Shown: positions 38,811 through 52,324, counted from the first letter of the stretch. The stretch: 64,000 nt of DNA from Octopus vulgaris (GCA_951406725.2 OX597835.1:25110001-25174000), one strand, 5' to 3'. Notes: generated from the sequence alone by a model not told the origin. Numbers and translations: made by a program.

Positions 38811-40647
38811 TTAAAGATGCTTGCTTCAGAATCCCACGATTTGGGTTTTGATCCAGCTGCACGTGACCAGAGGCAAGGATCTTCATATTACAAGCAGACT
38901 TCAGTCATTGGAAACTGTACAGAAGCCTGTTGTACATGTACCATTTGCTGAAAGACGTAAGCAATATATATTAGTAACAGAGCCAGTAATATTTATCCCA
39001 TTTTATCTCCTTAAGCATTTGGATTAATCTGTCAGATGTAATGCTTATTTATTCACATTATTTTGAATTAATCATGAATTATCTTGTAACTTCAAAATTT
39101 TGATGATGTGACAGTTTACTTTTAGAACGGCATTGTAGGGTAGGTATGAGATGCCTGATCTGGCCAGTTTGAACATAAAACAAGTAGAATATATTGGCTG
39201 GTTGAACAGCCCATACTGGAGCAGATACCACAAGAGAAACTCTCATATTGGCCACGTTTAAGTAGGGATAAATGTTTACCTCTCGATGTAAACAATGGTG
39301 AGAAAATCGCAAAAAACTGATTTCTTTCACTGTCCCTCACCATATTTGTTCTGCACTGTTGTAAAATCTCCCTTCTCGCTCCAGAAATCAGAAATGCTGT
39401 GAACCAGAGGGATAAAACCTGTTTACAAAGCAACTGTTGTTGATAAATTTTGGTATAAAATAAATAGATGAACCAGCAGAGATTTTGTGATGACTTATAG
39501 TTGATGCACAGACTCGGACAGTATTTAGTTATGGGCAGTGCACTGTGGGTGCCTGGGCAGTTCATTTGCTATCCTTCATTCCTGTTATGCTCCTGGTCAG
39601 GTTTCATCAAAGTGACCAATAAGCAAATCCATTCCATCTGTGCCCAGCATACCTTCAATTACAGTTCATATAAAACTAACATATCCTTTATTGTTTTGTT
39701 TTGTTTTTTTGGTGGTTGGGGTGTAAAGACATATAAGGAGATTTGGCTGCTATTTCTAGTTGATCCTCAAATTTCTTGTCTACATTTTTTTATGTTAATT
39801 TGCAGCAGTTCACTTTGTAACCATGTAGTTCTTGGCTCAATTTTGCTGTGTAGCATTACTTTCATTCATTCATCCTCTGATGTGGCTGAACAACCAATGT
39901 TTACAGGATGAGTTGTACTGTTCATCCTTTCAACCACTAATTACGAAACATAGCTACCAAGGCCTCTGTCCAGATGATTTTCCTGAATCACCATCTCACA
40001 CTTGTATGCCAATCCATCACTGGGTGACCCCATTTACAGTTGAGTGGACTGGAGCAATGTGAAATGAAGGGTTTTGCTCCAGAACACAATGCATTGCCCA
40101 GTCTGGGAATCAAAATCACAAGCTAACCATCAGTTGACCAATTACATAATTGGAATTTTGGCTGGTGAAAACTGTGCAGAAGCCCATCAGATAGGACTGA
40201 ATTTAATTAACTTCTGTGAAAGAGATTGAACATCAGAAGAAAGCAATGGCAAACCTTCTCTGTAATCAGCTCTCGAAATCTTCTTGGTGTTCCACAAGGT
40301 AACAACAAGTCCAAAATTTGATTTGGCACTGCCACCTGGCTCTTGGATGCCATGAGCAGAATCCTCCTTGTTACATGCATTTGGGTCAGGTCCCCTGGAT
40401 ATCTTTCCCCCCCCCCCCCAGAAGCCTTGTAGAAGTGTTATAGGTGTTTTCCTCTCCGTTAACTGAAAGTATCTTAGCTCTGGTCCTTGGTAGAATCCAG
40501 TGACATAAGACAACAGCAAAACTTTTAGTTTAGTTTAATTCTTATGTATCTGCACGAATTGTATATATATTCCGTTTCTTGGGTGTTTGCTACTCAAATA
40601 AGAATGTAGGTGTTTGAAATGGTCACTTCTGTAACAGCTGACGTCAT

Positions 40648-40948
40648 GGTAGATGGACAATTTGCTGACAGGACTATTGGCTGATTGGACAATAAGTCGA
40701 CATGGGGAAGTATCAATCATGGAGTTCATCAAATCAGAACAAGGAGGCAAAAAGCTTCTTTACAAAGGGTACTCCTATATTATTGATAGAACCAGAAAAG
40801 AAAAGACTTATTGGAGATGTGCAAATTGTAAACTGTGCAGTGCTAGACTGACAACGATTGCTGATGAAATTAGCACAACTCCTGAACACGTACACCTACC
40901 TACGCCAATTGAAAATCATGCTGTCTGTCAGCGAATTGTCTGCACACG
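40648..40948 (+). mobile_element. Internally deleted Mutator-like element carrying a FLYWCH zinc-finger fragment
   Basis: ATG at 40719: MEFIKSEQGGKKLLYKGYSYIIDRTRKEKTYWRCANCKLCSARLTT...HVHLP. Inverted repeats gacaatttgctgacag (40656-40671) and ctgtcagcgaattgtc (40925-40940), plus three ggacaat-type subterminal repeats. Confidence 0.75.
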
Positions 40949-41530
40949 GTAGCCATCATACTTGTTGTCCTTACTCCAGTTCCTTGTCATCGATTTCTGT
41001 ATGAGAGTGGGATTCAAGAGTTTCTGTAAGCTTTCTGAAACTTAAAAGGTTTGTTTGACCCTTAGCTTTCTACTTGTCTATATGAGATTTGATCACAGTA
41101 CTGTAGCAATGGATGCTATCAAACAACTGCATTTTAAGTTTCTTCAACTTGAGATAGTTGTGGCCTTGAGATGTTGTCAATTTAACTACAGGTCAGCCTG
41201 TATTGAGTATAACTACAATCAAAGACATTCTAGATTTGACCTTCCCATCCTTCTCTCAAGCATTGTGTATCTAGGACTACATTATCCAGTGAGCTGAAGG
41301 AAATTTGTCTGCTATTTCTAGCAGTTTGTGCAACCACTTAAAGGCTCCCTCTTTGACCCAGAGACCGAATGTGTTGCCATCTTGCACTTGTTTGCAGTTG
41401 CTGGGTTGTGGCCATGCTGGGACTCTGCCTTGAAGGGTTTAGTTAAACAAATGAAACCCAGTATTTAATTTTATAAACCTGGTACTTGTTCTATCGGTCT
41501 CTTTTACCGAACTGCTAACTTCAAGGGATA

Positions 41531-41570
<40 letters not shown>

Positions 41571-41635
41571 TCAAACAATGAGAATGAGTGCTCAACACCC
41601 CATTGGTGGATAAGGATTCTTTATATATGGATTAA

Positions 41636-41856
41636 CCCTTTCGATACTGAATTTATTTTGAGATGCTCAGTGTTTCTTCCAATTATTTTAAATATAACAA
41701 AGAATTAAGTAAAATAACATTGTTATCATTAAGCTAGAGTTAGGGACATAAATTGTGACTAAGGTTTGGTGGAAGGTTTTAATTCAGAACTTTTGAAAAC
41801 CAGACATTTGTACTAAAGAGCCAGAGCCGGTTTCAGCCAGGTTGGTAACAAAAGGG
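41636..41856. mobile_element. piggyBac-type MITE family E
   Basis: TTAA TSD; cccttt...aaaggg termini. Confidence 0.85.
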
Positions 41857-42319
41857 TTAAGGCTACCATTGGTTTCCTTAACAGGAAACCCTTAACAATT
41901 ATCAAGCTGATTACATGGAACATTGGTGTTTGTCTCATTTATACACACACACACACATGGTGGGTTTCTTTCAGTTTCTGTCTACCAAATCCAGTCACAA
42001 GGTTTTGGTCTGCCTAAGCTATAGTAGAAGACATTTGTCCAAGGTGTGACACAGTGGGGTTGAACCCAGAGCCATACCTGCTCTATGAAGACTTCAATAA
42101 ACCTTCTCTGACTAACAATATTCAAATCACTTGGCCATTGTCTGCAATTCCTCAACTCCCATCCTTACCAATATGTAAATCATCTATAAAAATACTAACT
42201 TTATCATTCATAGAATTGTTAAGATTAGGAAAGAAAGAAAAATCTGTAATTTTTTTTTTTTTTTGTGCGAGATTCTGTCATCTTCATAATAATAATATTT
42301 GGTTTTCTTCTTCTTGCAG

Positions 42320-42433
42320 AAATATCTTGAAATAGAAAGTCCAACAAGTACAACGTCAGACAGTCAGTATTCATCTATGTCACATAGCAGCACTAGTAGT
42401 ACCGAAGGTGTTTCACGTTCAGAAAGCTCGTGA
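42320..42433 (+). CDS. FGFR: FGFR terminal coding exon (C-tail with Y766-like site)
   Basis: ttcttcttcttgcag|AAA, phase 0. KYLEIESPTSTTSDSQYSSMSHSSTSSTEGVSRSESS*. NE|KYLEI parallels vertebrate NQ|EYLDL (PLCgamma site), followed by a Ser-rich tail. Confidence 0.9.
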   Translation, partial: KYLEIESPTSTTSDSQYSSMSHSSTSSTEGVSRSESS

Positions 42434-42464
42434 TCATTATCATATATGTGTGTGCGTGTGTATG

Positions 42465-42495
<31 letters not shown>

Positions 42496-44858
42496 CTATA
42501 TATATGTATATATTCACTCATACATAAACATAACTACATTGGCTGAACAAGCTAGCTTTGTTGATCCAATGTTTACTCTCAAACTTGTATACTCCTGCTG
42601 TTACCACTATTGTTGATGCAATGAGTTATCACCAACTCTTCTTTTTCCTCTTCATCCTACTCACTCAACTACACAAATCATCATGACTACCACAAGGACC
42701 CAATCTCTCCCGCACAGATGCCATTGGGACTACAAAGATTCTTCTCCCTACCTTCCTCGGTGATTTTTTTTTTTTTTTTTTGGTCTATGTGAAGTGTCCA
42801 CCTGGTGCCTTCTTCTCACCTGTTTGTGAAGTACTCACCTGTTGCCTTCCTTCTGACTCACCTCTGTTTGCTAGAGACATCAGCCGTGGAATACTCTGTG
42901 GTCAGCGATGATATTTTCTCGACCAGGAAAGACTAGCATGTAGTGAAAAGAAGAAGATAAAAAAAATATGTGATATAAATGGATTATGGATTCTTTTAGT
43001 CTGGCAATTTACATTTTCGCCAAGACTTCCTTCCTGCAACTTAAAAAAGACCTCATCATGAAAATATTTTATGCCTTACATCAACCAAAATACACATACA
43101 CTGTAAAAAAAAACATAATAAGAAACATTAATACCAAAATTTTCAAAAGTGTAAAATAAAAAGCCCTTTGGGGAAACCGGAAATAAACTATAAGTTATGA
43201 CCAACTTTGAGATAATTTTGGAGAAAGTGCTGACGGTTCACAGAATATTCTTGTGCTTTTGAACTTGTATTATAGACATTATAAAGAAAAACGTAATAAT
43301 AATATTAATAATGATGATGAAGCTGTTGAAAACGAGATAAGAGAACTCTGGAATTTTCATTGAAGAATATTTTGTTTTCATAAAAGAGACAAAAATAAGA
43401 AAAAAAAACCTTTTCATCTCTGTGAAACTCTTTGAAAAGGTTATCATTATTATCATTATTATGGTCATGTCAATTAGGTAATCTGCATTTTTTTTCTAAT
43501 TAAACAAAATCCCTGCATGGTAAATTAGAAACTTTGTATGCATGAGTGTGTGTATGTTTGTATATATGTATATATATATATATATATATACATGCACACA
43601 CACTTCGTAAATGGAAGAATAATTGAACAAATGAAAACTTGAAATTAAAATATTAGAATGAAATGGTTTCAAGAAGGAAGTGGGTCAGGGGAGAAACTCC
43701 TGCCTACCATTATTCAGCTTTCTTCGTTTAACCTTTGTGTTAATGGCAACAAAAACTGTTTTGAGGAGGACATTAGTAAAAACCTTTTATTTATGATTTA
43801 TTCTTAGAAACACTAGAAAGCCCTCCTATCTTTTTTTTTTTTTTTTTAACATTGTCAAGTCTTTCTTTTTTGACTTTCCCTACTGAGGTAAAAAAAAAAC
43901 TACAAGACCATATTAAAACTGAAATATAAAACACAACAAATTTTCACATTGAAGTGTGAAATAATCAAAGAAAAAAAAAGACTGCATCACTTTGTCAAAA
44001 GACTGGATTTTAATCTCAAAGTAAACTGTATGTATATATATATGTGTGTATATAAATATGTCTGCATGTAAATATGTGTATGTTTATGTATATATATATG
44101 CATGTGTGTGTGTATATATAAATGCATATATATGTGTGCTTGTGTGTATGTATATATATATATGCATGTGTGTATATACATAAATGCATATACGTGTGCT
44201 TGTGTGTATATATGTATATATATATGCATGTGTGTGTGTATACATGTATATATATATATATGTCTGCATGTGTGTGTATATAAATGCATATATATGTGTG
44301 TATATACATATATACACACACACATGTTTCTTTATGCAGTGGAAGCTGCCTATTGTGATCACAGTGAGACGAAGCCTTTTCAATAACAATAACCAACCGG
44401 CTGATAACATTAAGCAGAGGATATAACACTATCTGGGCCTTTGATTCTTTTTTAAAAAAAAAAAGCTGATAATTTTTAATTAATTTCAAATGAAGTTTGA
44501 TAACATTATCGTGATTATAATAAACAGCTTCCTCTTTCATATATGACATGTATGTATATGCGTGTGTACATTATCAAAGAATTCTGTTGCACTTATTTTT
44601 GTGACTGATATAAAGTATTATAAGTATATTGTAATAGCAGTTGTACTAATCAGTCATATTTGTCACATAATACTACTACTGCTGCTACTACTACTACTAT
44701 TAATTTAACTTTTTTTTTTTTTGTTATATTCTAAATTATCAGAAGAAAAAAAATGTATCATTTCCTGCCTAGTTCATTTTTTTACTGTTATTCAGTTGGA
44801 GACGTAGAAGGGAGCAGTTATGCCCAACCTGTGTTAGGCTGCACACACATTTGCAGTC

Positions 44859-44913
<55 letters not shown>

Positions 44914-44997
44914 AATATATCTGCATGTAAATATGTATATATATATGTATGTATATATGTATGTATATATATATGTATGTATATATGTATGTATATA

Positions 44998-45048
<51 letters not shown>

Positions 45049-45400
45049 ATGTATGTATGTATATGTATATGTATGTGTATTTATGTATGTATATATGTAT
45101 ATGTATATATATGTGTGTGTGTATATATATATGTGTGTGTGTGTGTGTGTATGTATATAAATCTGTGTATTATACATACATCTGTATAATTACACATACC
45201 ATTTCATTACCCAACTGTGTTAGTACTGTGCTCAAAAAAGGCAATACACTAAGTTTCACTGTGAAAGCTTGTTTTTTTGTTTGTTTTTTTTTTGTTTTTT
45301 TTTTATTGTTAAAGAATGGTTTCAGAGGGAGTGATGTGTGTTGGTTTGTGTTCGTATACTGACAAAAATATTTACAGGTGTGATAGTTAACAAGCTGTAC
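42434..45400 (+). other. Probable long FGFR 3' UTR (end uncertain)
   Basis: About 3 kb nearly free of SINEs and MITEs after the stop codon, unlike the flanks. AATAAA at 43155, 43182 and 44519. Confidence 0.5.
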
Positions 45401-45461
45401 CTATATCATCATATATATATATATATCGGTAAATGTAATGTAACAATTATTCGGTAGATGT

Positions 45462-45522
45462 GATAAAACTCCGAGTTTCAGATGTCGGGGTGGAAATCCA
45501 CGCCGCCATCTCTTCAGTTATC
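45462..45522 (-). ncRNA. Minimal type I hammerhead ribozyme motif (Penelope-like), possibly degenerate
   Basis: Minus strand: GAUAA-CUGAAGA-[GAUGGCGGCGUGGA UU UCCACCCCGACAUC]-U-GAAACUCGGAGUU-UUAUC. Stems I, II and III all pair; there is one extra U before GAAA. Confidence 0.6.
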
Positions 45523-46108
45523 CGGCCATCGGAAAAAATGCTATATATATATATATATATATATAGTTTTAATTAAACCTATTTTCATTCCTTCCTTCAC
45601 TTCCCTTATTAGCTTTAACCTTTTAGTATTCCAAACAGCTATATCAGGCCCAAATATTCTACCTGTTTTAAGTTCAAACTGACCAGATCTGGCCTCTCAT
45701 ACTTAACCTACAATGTCATTCTAAATATATACAATCACATCATTGAAATCTTGAAGTTCTGAGGTAATTCATGTTTAACTATTACATCTAACAAACTTAT
45801 CTGAATGCTAAAGGTTTAATCAAGTAAAGTTAATCACCACATTAAAGTGACTGTTCCATGTTACTACTAGTTTAACCCAAGGCAGGTCTTCCACCAGCTG
45901 GTTATCAGTGCAGTATTTAATCTGGCTCAAATATTCTACATGCTTTATGTTAAAATCGGCCAGATCCATCCTCCTAGACCTATCCTAATATGTCGTTCTG
46001 AAAATTTAAAAACATAACTTTGTAACCTTGAAGCTTATAAGATAAGGCAGGATAAATTCAAAACGATGTGAATAAGTAAGGATTATATTTGACAAAGTAA
46101 TCTGAATA

Positions 46109-46315
46109 TTACAGTTTTTCGAGATCAGTGACAAAAAGTTACTGGAAAAACGTTATAAGGATTTGCATTGGGACTCCCTTCATTGAAAACCGATGATTGT
46201 CGTACGCCGACGACAGGTCAATACCTAGAAACTGCAGTCCGTGCGTATCACTTAGGTTGACGAGGGAGGGATGACATCCCTTTGCAAATACCATGAGATG
46301 GCTAGTATATCTTAC
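46109..46315 (+). mobile_element. ~207 bp hammerhead-bearing insertion (retrozyme/SINE-like) inside a piggyBac-type MITE
   Basis: Flanked by gtaatctgaata (46097-46108) and gtaatccgaata (46316-46327), an 11/12 direct repeat that interrupts the MITE end. Confidence 0.55.
46201..46245 (+). ncRNA. Minimal type I hammerhead ribozyme motif with variant core
   Basis: CGUACG-CCGACGA-CAGG UCAAUA CCUA-GAAAC UGCA GUC-CGUGCG. 6-bp stem I, palindromic stem III, GUC triplet. Deviations are U4C and a C.A mismatch at the base of stem II. Confidence 0.6.
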
Positions 46316-47537
46316 GTAATCCGAATACTAAAGGACTGAAACTCGCCCAGGCACCGCTTTTAACTTATAATAAGAATTGGTTCTAAGAGTATGTATCAAA
46401 TACTATTTCTGATGCTTTGTCATTTAGTACAACTCTGCCAAAATCCATTTAAAGGAATTAACCACCTTCTGCTAATACTTATTATATACATGTGTGTTTA
46501 TTATTAAGGTGGCGAGCTTTCAGAATCGTTAGCAGACTAGACGGAATGCTTAGCAGTATTTTGCCCATCACTACGTTCTGAGTTCAAATTCCACCAAGGT
46601 TAACTTTGTCTTTCATCCTTTTTGGGGTCAATGAAATTTAAGTACCAGTGAAAGACTGGGGTTGATGTAATTGACTAGTCCCTCCCGCTAAATTTTCAGG
46701 CCTTTGTGCCTATAGTAGAAAGGATTATTATTATTATTATCATTACATTATGATGTCAGGAGGGAGAGCAGCATCCATGACTTATTCTTTCTCCTAGCTC
46801 TTCCCCCACCCCCACCCCACTTCCTGGACTCTCTAAGACTTGTTGGGTGCGGTATCTGAAGACATGGGCAGAATGCTTGCAGCTGAGGGTACTTTGCTGA
46901 CAGCATGCAATGGGTTTACCACTGCCACTTGCCCATTGCTTCCCAACCATATGGTTCTCGGTTCAGACCCATTTGTGTGGCACCTTGGGCAAGTGTCTTC
47001 TACTATAGCTTCAGGCTGACCAAAGCCTTGGAAGTGGATTGGTAGGTGGAAAATGAAAAAAAGCTTGTGTGTGTATATGTATATATATCATATATGTATG
47101 TATATTTGTGTGTGTTTGTCCTCCAACCATTGCCTGACAACTGATAATTCGGCAAAAGAGACCAATAGAATAAGTATTAAGCTCACGAAGAATAAGTCCT
47201 GGGAGTCGATTTCTTTGGCTGCAGTCAAATAACTGAAACAAGTAAAAGAATATATATATATAGTTCATCGATGAGATCCAGATATTCTCCTTATAGAATA
47301 CACTTTGTAGTGCTCAAGAGGTTTAAACTTGAGCGGGTATAAACTATCTGTCTGTCTATCTACCTCTCTATCCGTCTATCTATCTATATAGAAGTAAATG
47401 TGAGGATAAGCATGTTAGACAGGTCAATATACAGAGTGTATCAAATACATGAAATGCAAAACGTGTATGCATATAAAAAGATCCAACTTACACGGAATAC
47501 AAATGATGTGGAGAATTAAAGAGTTTGAAGAAAAATA

Positions 47538-48001
47538 TTAGTTAGTTAGTTAGTTAATTTGGCTCAAAAGCAAATAGCAAGGCCATGTAGGGGGACATGG
47601 AGTTAAGTACAGGGTGGTGTTCATGTAAAGAGTTCAGGCCACTTGAGGTCAAGGGAGGCTTTGAACAAAGCGGTCGTCGGCATCTTCACCATCTCGTCTG
47701 GCAGCTTGTTCCACGGATCCGCAACCCGGACGGAGAAAGCTCCTCTCCTTCGATTGAGATGAAATCATCGCAGGTAGAGCTTTTCAGAATGACCCCGCAG
47801 CCGACGCTCTGGAGCAGGAGTGAAGAACAGCTCTTTCGAGAGGTTACACTTTCCGCTTATGATGTTGTGGGCGAGAATGAGATCACCACGGCGGCGGCGT
47901 TTTTCAAGAGAATAAAGGTCGAGCGTCCTCAGCCTTTCTTCGTAGGACAAATTTTTGAGACCATGAACCATACGGGTAGCCAGCTTCTGGACTCTTTCAA
48001 A
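47538..48001 (-). mobile_element. 5'-truncated CR1/L2-group LINE (ORF2 C-terminus, 3' UTR, (TAAC)n tail)
   Basis: Minus strand LERVQKLATRMVHGLKNLSYEERLRTLDLYSLEKRRRRGDLI...LRGHSEKL...FSVRVADPWNKLP, with one in-frame stop. ttag repeats at 47538-47557. Confidence 0.9.
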
Positions 48002-51000
48002 CCCAACAGCTGTTTCTGGAGGTTTGGCAGTCCCAAATAATATTTGTAGATTGATTCCACCATTTTCTATTTGCTCTCTCTCTCTCTCTCTGACCTTAGC
48101 TTTTTTCTTTTTTTTCTTCCAGTATCTAAGACTCCTTTACCAACTCAAAACCTCCTAGCAATTATTTAGTTATGTTGGTTTACACCGGAACCAACTCGCA
48201 AGAGTTAGACAAATGAAAATAAGTACCAGTTACATATTGAGGGTGAATGAACTGATATTTTTCATTTTGCAAACCCATAGCTTTTCATTCAAAGTGGTCT
48301 TCGATTTCGGTTTGAGTTTTAACTGTTTGTGTGTGTGAGGGAGTACACCACATACTGTGTGATTTGCAGTTAAAGAAGAAACGTGACACCTCATTTGCAA
48401 TGACAATTTTTCTTCTCACTTTGTAATGTCCCCCACTTTAGTCAAAATCGTTTACTAGAAACAACAGTAACACTACAATATTATTGAAGTTTGATGCAGA
48501 GCCCTAAATTTGGTGGAGAAGGAACAATGTCATCAGATGCCCAGTATTTAATTGTTACTTCTTTTATTGACCCCTTGGAGAATGAAAAGCAGAGGTGACT
48601 CTAGTGAGATTTGAATTTGAAATAAAATTATCTTTAATATACAGGTTACAAATTTTAGAGGGAGAAATGGTTGAGTTCACCCATTTCACTCCTCTCCTAG
48701 ATATAAATGCTAAAGCATTAAACCTCATATTTCACCCCAAAACTTGTGTATCTATACATATTTCTTTTTTTTTTTTATGCTGTTGTCATGGCAGGATGGC
48801 TTACTTCAGTTTTGTAAGTAATTTTAGGGGAGAGATAAGTATGTGTCTCAATCCCACACCGGTTTCTATCTTAGAGAAAGAAGAAGGAAGTGCTGGATGC
48901 CCTATTGTAACTGACTTGCATGGGTAGGTACAAGGCCAGAAATTTGAGTGGGACGGGTTAGTGAGTTATGTTGAACCCAATGTTTGATTGGGCATCCTTG
49001 GCACTAGGAAGGGCATCCAGATATTATTAAGAGTTGTATAAAAACATTATTGAAATGTTATATGTATTGTGCATAAATTTTAGCAAAACCTTATATGGAC
49101 CCCGGTTGAGAACCTCTGATGGAGAGGCTCCCTCTTTTTGGAGGAGGAAGAAAATAATGAACAATTATTAACTTCTGCTTGTTACTCACATCTACAATTA
49201 ATGGTACAGCTTGTGATAGACTGACTGAATGATTGATTAATTTTTATTAAACAACTTATTGCAAATTATTAAACAGCCTTAAGTTGTTTCTGTTTGTTTT
49301 GTTGTTTTAAACAAATTGAACCTGCCATGCACAGACACAAATACTGAACATAGCACAATATTAATACCAAAGTAGCTACACCATATTGTGAAGAGCTATT
49401 TCCAGTAATTTCTACTTCTAACATCTCCATACTCATAAATAGCAAATTATTTCCTGCCTTTTTTTTTTCTTGGAAAACACAGGTTCTTTAAATCGCTCTC
49501 TCTCATATATATATACATTAATCTGATGGGGTTACTTTATACTTTAAATTTATTATTCTGAAACAAGAATGCCGTTGACAGGGACTTCAAAGTTTCATCC
49601 AGTTAATCCCTCATCCAATGATGGCTTAGCTGGCCGAATATTCGAAGTCACTGTCAACGACATTCTTGTTTAAGAAATATATGGATGGTGGGGAGAAATA
49701 ACTTGTTTAGGCCCAGATTAGTCCTAATTGAGAATACTTATGATATCAACTTCGTTCTGGCCATGGTCATCTTTTTAAGAATGACAGAATTGTAATTTGA
49801 GGGAAATTTGGCTGCCATCTCTAACAGGTTGAGCAACCACATTGAGATTCTCTGATTCAAATCAATCATATGTGAAATGATACTTACACATATGGCTAAT
49901 GTATGATCTTAAGTATGTGTAGTTTTAAGAGGTTTTTTTTTTTTTGCCTCACCAGAGTAGCCAGTAATATTTCCAAACATGCCATTCATTTTTGTTGTCT
50001 TTTAAGCATTTTGCTAAACCTTTATTCAAGTTTATACTTCAGGAACTGAAATAGTATCATTAAGATAATCAGTCATTTTGAGTCGTGCAATCCTTCATGA
50101 AATTTTGCTAAGAAATTACCAATGGTTTTTTTAAGGTGCAGTTTTTTTGGGGTTTTTTTTAGCTCATTAAATCAGCTGCTTTGTACTTTTATAATTACTG
50201 ATATTTCTCTCTCTCTCTCCGAAATATGTCTTTTTGCTATTGCTAATTTTGATCCTTTTTAACACCAGCCAACCAAAAAATTATTGATCATTAAATACAT
50301 CCCAACTTTCCATCATGTCAGTTAATATGGAATAATTTATATTTCTTTAACAGAAGATATCAGTAAGAACAAAAATAAAAGTGACTTTGGAATTCACTAC
50401 ACCTCTATAATTTTGTAAATAATGGTACTTGTTAAGAAATAGAATTAACATGCTAGAGTACAAACAAATGAACGGACAGGGTTACAATCCTGCCGTGAAC
50501 CCTTGTGTTGTACTCTTAGGGCAATACATGTTAACCATGTTTCTTTCAGTATAACAGCTTTGTATACTTCAAGAAAACTAGTCATGGCTTGTGTCATCTA
50601 AAACTCTGTCAGTTTGTGAAATTTTGCAAGTTTGTCTACCATGGGAAGAGTGAGTTCCAGCTCTGTGACTAAGGGCCTTGCCCAAAATATTAAGAATTCT
50701 TATCTTTGCACATGGTACATGGACTTATCTAAATTTTGCAGACTGTATTCACAGGCAAATTATTAACTTTAATCCTTTAGCATTCAAACTGGCCACATCA
50801 GACCAAAATATCCAACCTGTTTTATATTGAAACTGGCCAGATCCGGCCTCTCACACAACCCCCTACAATGCCATTCTAAAACTAAACAAGCTGATCGTCG
50901 AAATCCTCAAGCTATGAGATAATGTATGATTAATTCAAAAACAATATGAATAAATAAGCATTGAATTTAACAGAATAACCTTGAATGCTAAATGGTTAGA

Positions 51001-52112
51001 GGAAATTGGCGTTGACATTTTCCACGGGCTAAACCATTCTTTTTGTGTCGAGACAGAGAGAACATAAGATGAAATTAACTTCTTTCGTTGAAGTTTGACA
51101 AAAGAATTATTAGCAGGCAACATTAACTATCATGTTAATCCTTATCATCTTTTATTACACCTGAACTTACCTGTTGTTATCAACACTAGCTGACTGATTT
51201 CCTTTCTCAATTGTTTTGTTTCAACAATCATTCTGTTAATTTATTTGTAAATATGTATTGGTGCATAGAAAGAAAAAAAACAAATATAATATATATACAT
51301 ATGTGTGTGTGTGTATATATAATATAATATATATATGTAACATAATATATATATATATTATAATTATTGTATATTATATAATTATTATATAATATATTTG
51401 GCACTACTCGTCTCTTCATTGATATATCAATCTCAGAACAAAGTTTGCCTTTCAATAAACATCATCATTAAAGTACATTTTAAACATTCATATTCAGTCT
51501 TTACTACCACTCAAAAATGACCAATATAGAGCATATTATTATTACTATTGGCAGTATTGTTAACACATCAGTCAATATCTTAGAGTATTTAGTGTTATGC
51601 TTCTTTTTTTTTTTCTTTTCTTTTGACATTTTGTATTCAAATCTTGTTGTGGTTAACTTTGCCTTTCCCCTTGATCAAATGAAGTACCACTCAAGTACTG
51701 AGGCTGATGATATCGACTAACCCCGACCCCCACCTGCCCTTTGATCTTGCTGGCATTGTGTCTAAATTAGAAAAATAATTATCTTCATCATGATCATCAT
51801 CATCATTATTGATATTATTATTATAGCCTGTTCTGCCATGAAGTTTTCTGTTTTAGAAAGTTTCTGATTGTCTTGTTTGAATAATATCAAGATAATCCAT
51901 GCCAGATTACCCATTCTCCACATTGCTACTGTTTCTAGTCTGTTCAGTACCATAAACATTTGCGTTCACAGTCCAGCGCATCTTTGCAGTGGAGCTTCTG
52001 GTGCCCACATCTAATGATGTGAATACCTACCAGCTTGCCATAGAAGATATTTCCATCAAGTCTCCGTTAAACAACCAACACCCAAGCCTTTTTCCAACAG
52101 AGACAATATGGT

Positions 52113-52277
52113 AGCATAGGAGTGGCTGTGTGGTAAGTAGCTTGCTAACCAACCACATGGTTCCAGGTTCAGTCCCATTGCATGGCATCTTGGGCAAGTG
52201 TCTTCTGCTATAGCCCCAGGCCGACCAATGCCTTGTGAGTGGATTTGGTAGACGGAAACTGAAAGAAGCCTGTCGTA

Positions 52278-52324
<47 letters not shown>

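Noticed and set aside
47597-48040. 147-aa + strand ORF
   Set aside because: Antisense shadow of the CR1/L2 LINE fragment.
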